A stretch of 62,032 bases of DNA, counting the filler, from Sphacelaria rigidula (lineage: Eukaryota): NCBI GenBank assembly GCA_964200075.2. It is 8 parts of 8 records of this genome, joined end to end, with 100 filler letters (N's around TTAATTAATTAA, not from the genome) between each part and the next. Parts side by side here need not be neighbours in the genome. Positions count along the whole stretch, not along the records: positions 7,769 to 15,435 come from CAXNAA020013864.1; positions 15,536 to 23,202 come from CAXNAA020013865.1; positions 23,303 to 30,969 come from CAXNAA020013866.1; 5 more parts are not named here. One strand, given 5' to 3'. Positions 12,902 to 25,370 of this stretch are shown in pieces. The notes beneath the pieces are model-generated. The model saw nothing but the letters and a program-made list of their open reading frames with translations. It searched no databases and was not told the DNA's origin. The position numbers and the translations under genes are program-made. The number at the start of each line of letters is the position of its first letter. Position 1 is the stretch's first letter.

Positions 12902-14635
12902 TATTCCTTTCTTCTTCATATACTGCAAGGCCTCCACCAAGACCCGATCAATCGTTCGATCGCGAGCATAGGTTACCTGATGGATCAGCATCAATCACAT
13001 CACATTTGAAAAGTTAGTGCATGGCCTGATAACCCCCCCTCGCGGTCGAGGGGTCGCAAGAGACAAGGGTTGGAACACCGAAAAACAGCGGGCAAGAGCG
13101 GGTTATTTTTGGTTCCGCACCCTAGCGATCGGAGGGTTAAGGAACACACACTGACCACCATCACCACTACCGCCACCAGGAAGGAAGAAAACATATGGAG
13201 AATGAACGAGACGAGTGCAGACAGGTCACATACCTGGAAGATGGAGCTGTCCAAGGGGTCTCCCATCGGAACTGCACAGGTACGTGAATACAGGTATACC
13301 GGGTGCACATGCCGCAGCGAAAAACAAATACAAATAAAACATCGAGGACAAAGACTAAATGATGAATACGGTCTGAACGGGGCAGCAACAGATAAGGTCG
13401 TCCGGGGAAACGTACGAGCTGGGTCAGGAGTAAAATGTGCATATCCCGGGGACACAAAACGCCTACAGTTTCCCGAATCAGCCCGATGTAAGTATGTTGT
13501 TGTGACTGCAAACCAACTTGGCCATGCACGCTCTGTCGCTGGGAGGAAAAAGGAGGAACAAAATGTACTGCATGATATATAATGGTAAAAGTCGCTAAAA
13601 ATATACAGTGGAAATGAAGATAGTTTCTCTAATCGTCCAACATTCCGCGGAGTATTGTTTTTTTCTCCACTCTGTTTTTTGCTGCGTGCAAACAACGAGC
13701 ACGACGCTTCGTTTGAGCTACTGCACGTGCCTATCGGAATAAAAAACAATGTTGCCCAGCACTGCGCATAAGCGCGTTTGTGGCTTTCTTCGATATCAGC
13801 TGTTTGGTCGATCGGCTGCCGGACATACAGGGAGCGCAGCAGCCGCAACTACGAGGCCGACAGGGTGGCAAAGAAGATCGCTTGCGGGAGTTTTATGCAG
13901 CCTAGCAGGATATGCGGGATTTCTCGCGATCTCGCAACTGAAGGTGAGAATAAGCAAGTACAATTTCCCGCGTACTACGCCTGGTCGCTCGGTGATGACG
14001 GGTAGCGCACATAAATTTCATCGTTGTGGAAGCTACACGCGTACAGGCATCTCGAACGAACCGAAACGTAACGAACACACAGGACTTGCCTCCTGGTCCC
14101 TGGAACATGTTCCAGGGACATGTTCCAGGGACACCGTTGGTGGTGACGTACATTAATGTTGACTCTCTCTTTTCTGATGTGCCTCGCCGTGAGTGCTGCT
14201 ACACTACGCAGACATTGTAGCCATTTTACATACCGGGCAAACGCATCTTGTCTTCCTCCGGCATGCCGGTCAGCTCGTCCTGGAAGCTCTTGATTCGAGC
14301 AGCCCAGTTTTCCATCTTCGCTGACCTCTCGGGGTTCTTGGTGAAGTAGTTCAGCTCCGACAGAGGCGTGGCCTGGGGACATTATTCGATAAAAAGATTC
14401 ATGCAGATCGCCCAGTACCATGAATGGGAGTGTATAAATATCCCTGTCTCTGTCTGTCCCTCTTCTGATGGGTAGGGGCAGGTGGGAAGGATGGTGTTCT
14501 GTTTCTCTACTAGTATTTCATCCGGCTTACCCCTTCCTTGCAGGGAACCCTGTCCACCACCATGATCAGCAGGCCCATGAACTCCACCTGAACTCCGATG
14601 TTCTCCGCGTAGTCCGCGTGGCGCCCGGTAACAAA
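11451..14635 (-). CDS. 3' part (5 exons, ~242 aa) of a protein of unknown function with a C-terminal hydrophobic segment and an acidic/Gly-rich tail
   Basis: Exons 14635-14531, 14372-14234, 13271-13234, 12541-12282, 11637-11451(stop). All have AG/GT boundaries and compatible phases (0,1,0,2), giving one open frame: FVTGRHADYAENIG...PCKEG|ATPLSELNYF...MRLP|VPMGDPLDSSIFQ|VISANSFKPIEP...PPLLWIVLTGFVGW|VKYIIADQ...ETKGK*. Confidence 0.85.
12857..12897. repeat. (GA)n microsatellite, intronic
   Basis: Dinucleotide run. Confidence 0.95.
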
Positions 14636-15362
14636 CTGTAGAAATGACCGGGGAATGTATAACAGAAGAAGGGAGGAGGGGGGGAAAGAAAAAAAAAGCA
14701 TAGCCCAACCCGTTAACAGAAAGAGTAACGCCAATCTATCGATCAATCAGTCGGGTATGAACACGATGAGAATTGAAAAAGAACAAGGGAGTAGGAAAAA
14801 AAGGGTTATTTCCGTGGGCCAGCGTGTATTATTCTTTACCCGGGTCATTTTCCATACGTTACTTATTTTCGTCACGAGTTCCATCTTGTTCGGGGTCGTT
14901 CGAGATATTCCCCATGTCGTTCAAGATGAGACTCTTTTTTCTGTCTCCAAGTCAGCCTCGAGCGTATGTTGAGCACCGTCTCTAATGTAACGCAGAGGAG
15001 GAGGGATCCCACAGCCAGTGCGCGTCGGCGGCGGTGTGAAGACAAAGAAAACACGCACGTATTCTGCAGAAAAGCTACTGTTAGGTTTGCGGATCGAGGA
15101 GTGCTTTTAAAGAGTACGCCCAAACCCTGCGAAAAGCAATCATCTCCTGGCTTTGTTATTGCTGAGCGCGGGACCTTCCCTGAATGGGGGGGACAGCCTT
15201 CTGGCTTCGGACTTGAAGCACACAATGCAAAAAGCAGCGCTCAAACCGCACGCATCGCCGGGGAGAACTGGGCTGACAAAGCCAGTCCTTCGTTGGCATC
15301 TGCCAGACAACCCACCGCCCTCTACAAAAAAAATGGAAAAAAAAAGACGATCCAGTGGACTC

Positions 15363-15435
15363 GGGGGGGGTGTACTCATGATCATGCATGCCATAGTCAT
15401 AGGACTTTTGATCTCGCATCCCTACCCTGCTCCGA
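15363..15435 (-). mobile_element. LINE 3' terminus with poly(C) tail (subfamily B), cut by the scaffold end
   Basis: Minus strand GATGCGAGATCAAAAGTCCTATGACTATGGCATGCATGATCATGAGTACA-CCCCCCCC. Confidence 0.75.
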
Positions 15436-15535
15436 NNNNNNNNNNNNNNNNNNNNNNNNNNNNNNNNNNNNNNNNNNNNTTAATTAATTAANNNNNNNNN
15501 NNNNNNNNNNNNNNNNNNNNNNNNNNNNNNNNNNN
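15436..15535. other. Artificial scaffold spacer
   Basis: N44-TTAATTAATTAA-N44. Confidence 0.99.
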
Positions 15536-16049
15536 CATCGGAATAGTACTCCTGGCGTACTCTCGCATATTTTTATAAGTCGTGTTTTGGATGAGATCAG
15601 GGGCTCCTAACAATTCTAATCTCAGAAATTATTTCTGTGCCCCTACCGTAGCATCACGCTCGATGCATGCGTTGGGCTTAATTCTGTTGTAACTCATTGA
15701 CGATTTTTGTTCTTGTGAACCGGGATCATTTTCAGTCATTTTAAAGTCAAAATGATGCCGATTTACGAAAACCAAAACCGTCCATGGGTTCCCAAAGGGT
15801 TAATTGTCCATGCGTCCACCCCAAATAAAAAGTAGCCTATCCATATGTGATTGTCTTGTTTTCTGTGTACTTTCACATCGCCTGCATACTCCGAATAACA
15901 CCCCCTCAAGGTGCGTAATATGGCGTTCTCAATGTGGGCCAAGCTGCCGTGTTTCGCATTTATTTAGGTGTCTGCCTAGGGTCCACCTGAGGAGGTCAGC
16001 GGCAAAAGATTCGTGTTTCCATCGTAGAGGGGCTAAATTATGTTGTTTC

Positions 16050-16314
16050 CACACGTCCGACAGCTCATGAGCTACCTAAAATCAACTATCGTTACAGAAG
16101 AGGACTCTCTGATGCCTGGTCCAAAAACACCAAACACGTGACAGCAGGGTCTGAGAAGCCAAAGCGCTACCTTTGCGCTAATCCGCGTGCTCGGCGTCCA
16201 GCGTTGTAGGGAGCAAATATGGGGGGAAAGCGGCCAAATGAGCTAGCTCATGATCCAGATCAGTACACTAATAACAAGTAATATTCAGGTAGCTCATGAG
16301 CTGTCCGACGCGTG
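16050..16314. mobile_element. MITE with CAC...GTG TIRs (family M2)
   Basis: CACACGTCCGACAGCTCATGAGCTACCT ... AGGTAGCTCATGAGCTGTCCGACGCGTG; no clear TSD. Confidence 0.65.
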
Positions 16315-16460
16315 ATTGTTCCCCCATTGATATATATGATGATGAAATAGCCTGAGGTTTTCAAGAGAGTTCGAGTCCTAGGGCCATTTTATGTAGTGTT
16401 TTTTTTTTCCTTTCCTGAAGTTAAGTTAGTTTCTCAAGTACGTGTTTCTTCACTTCTCAA

Positions 16461-17021
16461 CCCTTAGACCCCGAGGGTAGTCTATCTGGATCATGCATAC
16501 TTTTTTCACGTGAAATTGATGGCGATTCAACAGATGACGTACTCTCGCCGTCAAGGGATCAAGGGCCTGGAGCGCTCACACCACCCAGAATCAACATGGA
16601 TTTTACTCGTACTAAACTAATCACATCGGCATAGGGCGATAGGCCAAGCAGCCGGCGATCAAATTTTGTCTTACTTTTTCTTGGCTTAACCCTTTTGGGA
16701 CCGGACCCCCACTATCCAGAGGTATAAACAATCCTTTGACTGCGAATGGTTATTCATTCGTGAATCAGCGTCATTTTCAGTCGTTTTTCAAGTGACGATG
16801 ATGCCGATTCACAATGGGCACCCACCCCTGGTTAGTCCACTACGACCCCAAGAGGGTCAATTTGCTTCGAAAGAAAATACCAGACACTAATGCCACTGGG
16901 CCTAAGCGCGTAGGCATGGTGTTAGCCCTTGGACAATGAGGTAGGTTATCTGTTGAATCGGTATCGATTTCACTTGAAGAAATAATCCGTGATGCGGATG
17001 GACTACCCCGCGGTCTAGGAG
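16461..17021. mobile_element. Cluster of three piggyBac-type MITEs (16461-16557, 16690-16856, 16926-17021)
   Basis: CCC...GGG-type termini with TTAA or TTAA-like flanks and the GATGCCGATTCA core; the first and third are family P1 in opposite orientations. Confidence 0.7.
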
Positions 17022-18563
17022 TTAAGCAGCTAAGGTCTTCCGGGGTGAAAATAAAGTGATTTTCAAGTATTGAGTCCACATGCTTTGTGTTCGTGGCATG
17101 GAGTTACAATTTAACAGTGTAGAAATACGTTGCTAAAACCGCGGCGCCCTTTGACCGTCAGTGTGGAGAATGACACACATAGTTATATATACTCAGCCAC
17201 ATACTCAAAGGAAAAAGCTTGCAGTCAGCGTGGCTCACATCCTGTATCGGTCGCAGTACTGCAGCAGTATAGTAGCAGCACAGCACTGCACTGCACCGTC
17301 GAGCAGAGGACAGCTTCACGCATGTCTTGCTAGGGTACCGACAGGAAGGTGTGCTTGATTAGACTCTGAGACGACCTAGGCAGGAAAGGAATATGCCCCG
17401 CCGTGGTGCCTACCCGTACACAGAACGAGTGGCAAGGCCGGCTTTGCCCGCGGGCAGATCCTGAAAACGCGGGGGAAATGGAGCGCAACCGCCTCGGCCG
17501 TTACACGTGCTGTACGAAACAAGAAGTGGCGAAGCATACGGCAAGGGTTCCTGCCTGTCTCCTGGGGGCAAAAACAAACATATGCCTATCCACATGGGTA
17601 CCTGTCGTGCCTCTCAGCGCGATGTCAGAGCAGCTGCGACGCGTCTTCGGGGGGTGGTCATGAGTCAAGCTAACAACTAGCGGGTCTTATCCGTGGAAAG
17701 ATGTGTCAGCCGAATCCATGTTTATACCGTCTTTTTTGTGCAGTAGTTGCTGGGGGTCTGTGCCCCCGACCACGCTGCTCCTGGCTGCGGCTGGAGGGGT
17801 ACGCAGGAGTGATAGGTTTTGCCATTCTGGCATTGCTATGTCCCTCAGTCGTCACGTGAGTGCGGTCACCCTTGTCTTCCCCGCTACTTGTTCGTGCTTT
17901 CGGTGTTTGTGTGCTGTACGTGTCTTTGCCGGGGGTGGGTCTTGGAAAGTTGAGCCAGACGAGGTCGGGTATTTCTGATTTGATTTCTCGACAGTACAAG
18001 TGAAGAAGGAGAAAAAAACAGTATGCTGATGGTATACTCATCAAACCGTGTGGGCAGATGGAGATCCCAAGACCATGTTCACACTGTGTTCAGGCAGTGA
18101 CATCAGAAGCTGGGAAAGCTTCCGAAGATGATGAAACGGATGAAACTGCGAGATTTTGGTTCCTAGCAACTTGGTCTCTCCACCCCTTTGTAGATGTGAG
18201 AGGTTGTACGTCGGTCGAAATGAAGCTCAAATAGCGACCATGATGCAATGTTGTCAGGCCGTGCCTCAGCCCGACAAGAAAGGCTCCCAAAAAGCCCCCA
18301 GAATAAACGTTGTGGTTGATAGCCACGATACCACCCCCCTTCCCTCCTTCCCCCTCAAAAGAGAAATGTTCTGCTTGCCAGCTTGTTCTCTCAGAATCTA
18401 TTTTTGAATCGTCAGAAGAGAGTTTGGCTGTTCGCCAGCACATTTTACTCGAAAGGGAACATGCAACAGCGGCGCAGTGGCCCTTAGTGTGGTGCACGCC
18501 TGTCACACAGCGCAGACCCACGGTACAATCAGACATCAACTTCTGGTCCCCCCTGTCCCACTA

Positions 18564-19841
18564 CAGTAGGGGACCCGATTTTATGCCATTTATTTTATGC
18601 CAAATCAATTTTATGCCGTTTTTTTCAGGGTACACGAAAATTGTGGGTTCTATGCCGCTTTCGCTTCGTACGACCGAAACCAGCAAAAAAATCCGAATTC
18701 ATGCCGGCTCGGCATAAAAACGGGCGCCCAACTTCGTCCCGGATAGACACAAAATGGGCCGCTTTTTTGCCGTGTAAAGCACGAACACGGCAGCACTCGA
18801 CTTTGTAAGTCATGACATGCGCAGCAGGACAACGCTACAAGGCGCCAGCGCAAATGCCAGGCCCACCTCACTACACACAAGACAAGTGCCGCAAGTGTTG
18901 CAAGTACATCAATGCCATGTGCGGCGTGCAAGACCCGGAGAGCAACAACGAGTGCCATCGTCTCTGTGGTCTGGGGTGCTTACCGGCGCGGGCAGGTTGC
19001 CCCGGGCCAGCAGCCGTCGAAACGTTCTGTCGCGGCTGCAAACAAGTGGCCCTCTCTACAGTAGAGGATGGTCAAGAGACGATTGACGCGATTGCGCTCG
19101 ACCTCCAAGCCGCAATACTTAGCGACTGCGAGGGAGGCAGTGTAGACGGGGAAGGCTCTGGTGAATCTGTCGGCGAAGTTGAAAGTAGGGAGTCAGAGAC
19201 CAATCGTGAGGCCACTTTCGTACGCAACGGTGGCTGAAGACTTCGGCAAATTGGAAGCTACAGCGAGGGGTAGGGGCATGGAAGACGTGTCCTTTCACCT
19301 CGACAAGGTCAGGATGCCATGGATCAGAGTTCATGCAAGTAGCAGCACGGGCAAACAGCAGGACATCCGCAGTTTCTTTGACACTTGATGCCAGGCATGG
19401 GCGGTCTTGTGTGCTCTGAGGAGCTTTTTATTCAGAGAGAGTGCGGCAAGGCGCAGCGTTCGCGCGAGTGATCAACAGTCTCTGTCGCTGCTACTTGTAG
19501 ATTGCCGGGCGTTGGAACGGAAAGAGCAAGATCAGCATCTAGGATAAGTACAGCAACAGCACTCTGCTCCACAGCAATAAATTTATTTATTTCATTTGCT
19601 CTATACTCCTGCAGATACAACTCTTGGTACAAGGGACATCTACCCGCTACTCGTAGTGTGTCTGCACCCAAATGTTTCCAGAAACGACGCGGATTCGATG
19701 TCGACGGGTGTTACGCAGCGTAAAAACGTCCCTTGAGCGCTTGTCCGATTTTATGCCGAATCGCTACAAAATTGGACCCCCGATTTTATGCCGTTTTTTT
19801 TTCGAGGGACACTACCCGGCATAAAATGGGGTCCACTACTG
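18564..19841 (+). mobile_element. Non-autonomous Tc1/mariner (pogo-like) element with internally deleted transposase
   Basis: TA|CAGTAGGGGACCCGATTTTATGCC ... GGCATAAAATGGGGTCCACTACTG|TA; subterminal TTTTATGCC repeats; frameshifted ORF 18812-19388 with a Cys-rich N-terminus and a C-terminal QQDIRSFF PIP-box-like motif. Confidence 0.85.
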
Positions 19842-20161
19842 TATGGATGAAAGATAGCTCGAGCCGATAGCTCGAGTCGAAGCTGATGAAGAAAAAATGT
19901 TTGAGATACGATCATTTGTACCAGACGCGCGCCGGATAACACACGGACAAACGGTCGACAGCTCCATTGTGAAAAGCGTTTCTGGCACGCACACGGTCGC
20001 CCCTCCTTCAATACCGCTGAACGAATTGCCACGAGGTTAGTGCCACTGTGCGTAGCTAAGCAACAGCTAGCGCTAGGCGTGACGCGCCCGTGCTGCGCGT
20101 GTCGTCTCCACGTGTTTGTCCAGCCTCGGTCATTGTGGTGCCTACTGAACTCTTTGGCCGC

Positions 20162-20284
20162 GGGGGGGGGGGGGGGGGGGACTTCTTTTTTTCTTGCCGT
20201 GGTNNNNNNNNNNCCGTTCCTACTCCTAACAGAGACACCTCCAACATTCCGGCGCTCATCACGTTTCTTCCACAGCTCATTACG
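20162..20284 (-). mobile_element. LINE 3' terminus (subfamily A) with poly(C) tail, spanning a 10-N gap
   Basis: 20214-20284 matches 58045-58100; G-run 20162-20180 is the tail; the sequence between them is low quality. Confidence 0.65.
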
Positions 20285-20899
20285 TGAAAATGATGCCGAT
20301 TCAACAGATGATCTACCCCGGCGGTCAAAGGGTTGCTCGTAAGATCATCAATCTGTCTGTGACTGCGCCCAGCACGAAACATCTCACAGTTCTTCCAAAA
20401 ACAGTAAACCCGTGTTATCTCGTTAGGACTCAAACCGGTCGTCGTAGGACAGCAGACAAACTTTGTTTCCAAGCTTTTTCTCTGCTTGTTTTTTTCGTTA
20501 CGTCAAGATCCGGCCTTGCTAGACCCCCAAAAGGTCTTGAGACCGAGTCACGTCTGAAAAGAACATGGAAATGGGGGGATCCTGCAATGGGACTGTTTTA
20601 CATCGCATGACGTGGGCGGTGACGGTCGGGCAACTGTCACTCCTTCTACGCATAACAGCTGCATACAGTAAATAAATTGTAGGCAGCACCCCGGGGTTGG
20701 GTGAAATACGGCGGGGGTCTCGCTCAAGTGTGGTTCTTTCAAACCCGTGATCCACTCAAACCCGATCAAAACTCAATGACACAAGAAATGCCTTCCGAGC
20801 TGTATCTTCATGTGCAGTGACTTCACCCGGTTCTAGTACGGGGGCTCACTTACTTGCAGTCAAAATCGGCCCGCGCAATACGATACTGAACCGAGACCC

Positions 20900-22500
20900 T
20901 TGCTGTAGTGAGGCTTTTTTCTGAACAAGTTGTAAAATTCAATTCCAGTGCAGCAGCAAGGTCGCTTCTCGTGTTATCAAAAAAAGAGTTGAAAAAAACT
21001 TTGTCTGAATGAAACTGGACTGTTTCCTCAAATACGATTCCTTGTGGGACGTTCTCTCGGAGAACATTTGTTGGGAAAATGACAACGTTCTCAACGAACG
21101 ATATTTCTCAGACAATCGTGTGGAGCATGTCCCCACCTCTCGAACTAAAACAGAGGTGTGTAAGAAAACCATATAGCCGAACATGCCTCCACGTGCACGC
21201 GGCGGGTTAGGAACATCGAGTCTTGGGACCGTCTGGAGAGATCTAACGCGGGGCCCATAGCAGTTGTGCGCCAGCTTCGCAGTAGAATAGATACCATGAT
21301 GAATCAGGTGGCCACCGCCGACAATATCACACCGTTAATGGCGACGAGTCATCGGGGACTGAGAGCCAAGGTGTTTTGGCCGACGAATTGCCCGATACTT
21401 CGGCGCTGCCTGCTGTTGTCGCGACGCAGTGCCTGACGGATATGCCATATTTTTCTGCACAACACGATGTATATGCTCTTTTTCCTTCTTCACTGCATGC
21501 GTACAACCTGTAAATATGTACTTCATGACAAGTACAACCTCACCTCGAAAAAGTCACGCCTGACAGTCAGAGTGCAAAACTTGAACTCCATCAGAACGTG
21601 GTTTAAAAAAGCTCACATTTCCCCCCCCCCTCAAACTGTGAATATTGCCTTCCTCGAACTCCAGAAGAAGCGGCCAGATATTGCGCATTTTTTGGTGCGG
21701 ATATACAACCATATCATGCGAAGCGTGGCTGTTTGTGCATAGTCCCAGCTACCGTCGAAGAACATATCGTCCGCGTGTCACGATGATACCTTTTGGCACG
21801 GTTACGGCAAACCACGAGACATGCATTTATATAACCCCTTAAATATTTGAGAGATCAGAGACCTGAGTTAGCAGGAGGCTGGCAGTTTGTACACTGCGGT
21901 TCAGTTCACACCGTGATTGCACGTGATGTTTTCGAATAGCTCGTTCCACCACCAGTGTTGTTCCTTTCCATAATATGGAGGCGGTATTCTGAAAGGTTAG
22001 GCATCGATACGAGGCGCACCTCGTGTGTGATGAGTCGAAGCTTGCAGGATGTGTTAGTTGGTACCACAGCAAGGTGTCAGAGTCACAGGTTTAGCGGCGC
22101 AAGCCGCTGAGGGTGCGGTGTGCATTGAAACGGCGGATACCAGCACTGCGCTTGTTTTTCTTCATTCGACACTTTCTTCCTGACGAAGAATATAGCGGGT
22201 ACGGTATCAGTCGGGCGCGCAGGCAGCAACGGATCCTGTCAGCCTCATCATGAATCTTCGCCCGGTTTTGAATGAACGCTCGAAGAAAGACGGCCAAGAA
22301 GCATCGTTTAGGCTCCGTTTTATATCAGAGAGTTGGGGTCTGAACGTTTCCGCTCCAAGTCGCTCGACAGGTCTGGGACAAGCTCCTCTCGCCCGCACAG
22401 TGGGGTCTGCCAAGGACCCTCGCCGGCGTACCTGGCAAGGGGGCCATATCCCCTTACACACAGTACCAGAACTTACGGGGTGGATGTGTTGACAGTCTGA
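20900..22500 (-). pseudogene. Heavily decayed coding-like remnant, possibly a DNA transposase (Mutator-like, tentative)
   Basis: Stop-riddled minus frames contain FFDGSWD...YIRTKK...GRF..SSRK and Cys/His motifs; lies next to the tandem repeat at 22658-22912. Confidence 0.2.
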
Positions 22501-22657
22501 CAGCCACATGGATGGATGGTGTGGTATTGTTCTTCCGGTTTCAACTTAGATAACGGGCGCGAAGGATTTGTACGTGAATATTGCATACGTCGGACGAGCA
22601 CGAGTGTGACTCGTGGCACTCGCACTCGTTGGGCTGCTGGTGGGCGGCAAAAAATCA

Positions 22658-22912
22658 TAGAGCGAGCACTCGAGTCATTGCTCGTTGCGGAAAAAAGTTA
22701 ATAGGGCGAGCACTCGAGCCATTGCTCGTTGGGGAAAAAATTAGTGGGGCGAGCACTCGAGTCATTGCTCGTTGTGAACAAATATTAATAGGGCGAGCAC
22801 TCGAGTCATTGCTCGTTGTGGAAACAAACTAATAGGGCGAGCACTCGAGTCATTGCTCGTTGTGGCAAAAAACTAATAGGACGACTCGAGTCATTGCTCG
22901 TTGTGGAAAAAA
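22658..22912. repeat. Minisatellite, 6 copies of a ~43-bp unit with an internal hairpin
   Basis: Unit ~TAGGGCGAGCACTCGAGTCATTGCTCGTTGTGGAAAAAAATTAA; CGAGCA...TGCTCG stem. Confidence 0.9.
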
Positions 22913-23202
22913 TTAACCCCTTAGGGACCGGGCCCCCAGAAGGACCAATGAGGCTGGTTGGGAATGACGTGTCTGACGTCTGCACGAAATAGTGGTATGT
23001 TGCTGAAAATGCGCGTATGTAACCGCAGGGTTATGAAGAAGACTGGAAGCTTCATCCAATCTAATTTCAGGTGCAGGGTGCGCATTAGGTTGTGTACATC
23101 TGATGTAGCAAGCAGTATGGGTCGCGGTAGAGAGCTTTCAACAGCATGCGGCCACCGGCGGGCCGCCCGCCACTTGTGGCCTTGGATGATAATGATGTCC
23201 CC

Positions 23203-23302
23203 NNNNNNNNNNNNNNNNNNNNNNNNNNNNNNNNNNNNNNNNNNNNTTAATTAATTAANNNNNNNNNNNNNNNNNNNNNNNNNNNNNNNNNNNNNNNNNN
23301 NN
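23203..23302. other. Artificial scaffold spacer
   Basis: N44-TTAATTAATTAA-N44. Confidence 0.99.
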
Positions 23303-24042
23303 GAACAACCGTTGCTGCTTTCAAGGACGATCTGACTCGAAATTTCAAGCAAAAGTTGGCCCAAAATACCCCCGCTCCTATCGTAGGATGACTCTGCCCT
23401 GGTTAGATGTCATTCGTACCGCGCAGCGCAAAACAGTCGGCGACGGTGTTCATTCTTTCCCCACGACTTTCGGTCAAGCTACTTTGGCTGACGATGGTTT
23501 GTTTCGCGTACGTGTGGGCAGTAGTGATGTTTTGTGGATTCCGTCAGATGATGGGGCTCTACAAAATCGCTTGATGGGTGCGCTCACATGCGGTCGGCTG
23601 GTCACTGCGGTGTGGCGCCGACTCTGTTTCGTTTGAAGGAATACTGTGTGTGGCCTCACATGCATTCCCAAGTTCGCGAGTTCGTTCGCTAGTGTTTGCA
23701 TAGTGTAGAGACTCGTGCTGGTGAGATTGTTCCTCGTCTGTATGGCAATACTGTGCATGGCACTGCGCCAGGTGAAGGTGTTCACTTTGATTTTTCTGTA
23801 CGTCGGAAGTAGCGGACCTGAGAGTGCTAATGGTTTGCCTGAGGAGGATGGTTTTCGGTACGTTTTGGTAATCATGGATGATTTGTCCAGTTTCATTTGC
23901 TTGGAGCCAACCGAGGCTTGCACCGCTGAGATTAAGGCTAAGCATGTGCTCCATTGATGCAAGAATTTGGGGGTGCCGCGTGTTTGGGTCAGTGATACCG
24001 TCACGCACTTCAAGAATCGAGTGATCGCGCAGATGAGCGATG

Positions 24043-24488
24043 TGTTACGGCGGATATCGACTGTATGTGTAGTATGCGTTTTGCAGTATGCGTGGCAAGT
24101 GCAGTAGGTCTTATTCCATTCGCATGTTGGTGTTGTATTCCAATCGGGCGTCCTTGACCAGAGCCCACCGCCCTCACAACTTCCACCACCCAGCAACTTC
24201 AGTTGTAGCTAACCAGTAGCTAAGCCTAATGACAGAGCTATCAGCCACCTTGGAGACACCTCGCTTGCAAGTAAATCAAGAGCACCTCTTCTGCACGTGA
24301 AAGTGAGTCCCTGCTTGGCCTTGCGATGCAGTGCTTATCGGACTCGATGGTCTCTTACTCACGAGCTCAAGGGCCATTCCTGTCGACTGCGATTGTTCAA
24401 TGTGGCCAGCCGCTGACCTCGTGTCACCCCTCGCCGGGCGTGTTTTTTGAGGGTGACGCCAGTATCACCTCGTGATCAGACCACGACA
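24043..24488. mobile_element. Solo LTR (446 bp) inserted into the Gypsy integrase
   Basis: GATG|TGTTACGG ... CCACGACA|GATG (4-bp TSD); removing it restores QMSD-ALKVQYQF. Confidence 0.85.
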
Positions 24489-25370
24489 GATGCGCTCAAG
24501 GTGCAGTACCAATTCGCTGTTGCGTATACCCCTTGGTCGAATGGTGCTTGTGAACGTATATGATGAAAGAGGTTATTCGTGCGTTGCGGTCTTTTGTCGG
24601 AACAGCGACGGGCGGTGTCTGGATGGGTTGATGTTTTGCCAGCCGCTCAGTGGGTGTTGAATACTTCTTTTCGTGAACGCTACCGTAACACTCCGTATTG
24701 TGCGATGTTTGGGCCTGTGCCGCGTACAGCGTTTTCCCCGCTGGCTTCTGTCACTGGCGGCGAGTGGAACGTCGATGTCATGGATGCTGTTTCGTTGCGT
24801 GACAAGGTTCAAGGCGTGGTTGACGAGCAAGTGCGGCTTTGTGACGAAGTGCGAGCTGCTGTCGCGGTGTCTCGCGAAACCAAACGCAAGCTTGCGCAGG
24901 GTCAGGCTGTGTTGCTCAAGTTTGCAGTTGGCGATTTCGTATTGTATGCCCGTGTTCGGAGGCAAGGTGTGACGCCAAAGTTGATGTCCGCGTGGACAGA
25001 TCCGTGGCGAGTGGTCGGAGCCGATCACGCTCACGTGTAATCGGTGCTGAACATTGTTTCTGGCGCCGTGCACTCGGCCCATGTCGCTCGTTTACGTTTC
25101 TATGCTGACTCGCAGTTGCACATCGCTGCGGAACTAAAATATGTATTTCAGCATTCGTATGCTCAAGGTGAATGTCGGATGAATGCTTTGGTGCACGTCG
25201 CTGAGGATGACAATGGTAATGCCATTGTTTTGGTCGATTGGAAAGGGTTCGGTGCTGAAGAACGTACGTGGGGGTTTCTTCGCAAGATTCACTCTTCTGC
25301 GTCTGAATTTGTTTTGAAGGAACTGCGAAAAATGCGGTTGACTCGGGCGCTGACCAGTAAATTAGCGTCG

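Noticed and set aside
13000-13848. 282-aa ORF
   Set aside because: It lies within introns of the five-exon gene; only 13234-13271 behaves as an exon and the rest has no coding character.
22658-22912. CRISPR array
   Set aside because: The linkers are only ~15 nt and similar to each other, there are no cas genes, and the context is eukaryotic; it is a minisatellite.
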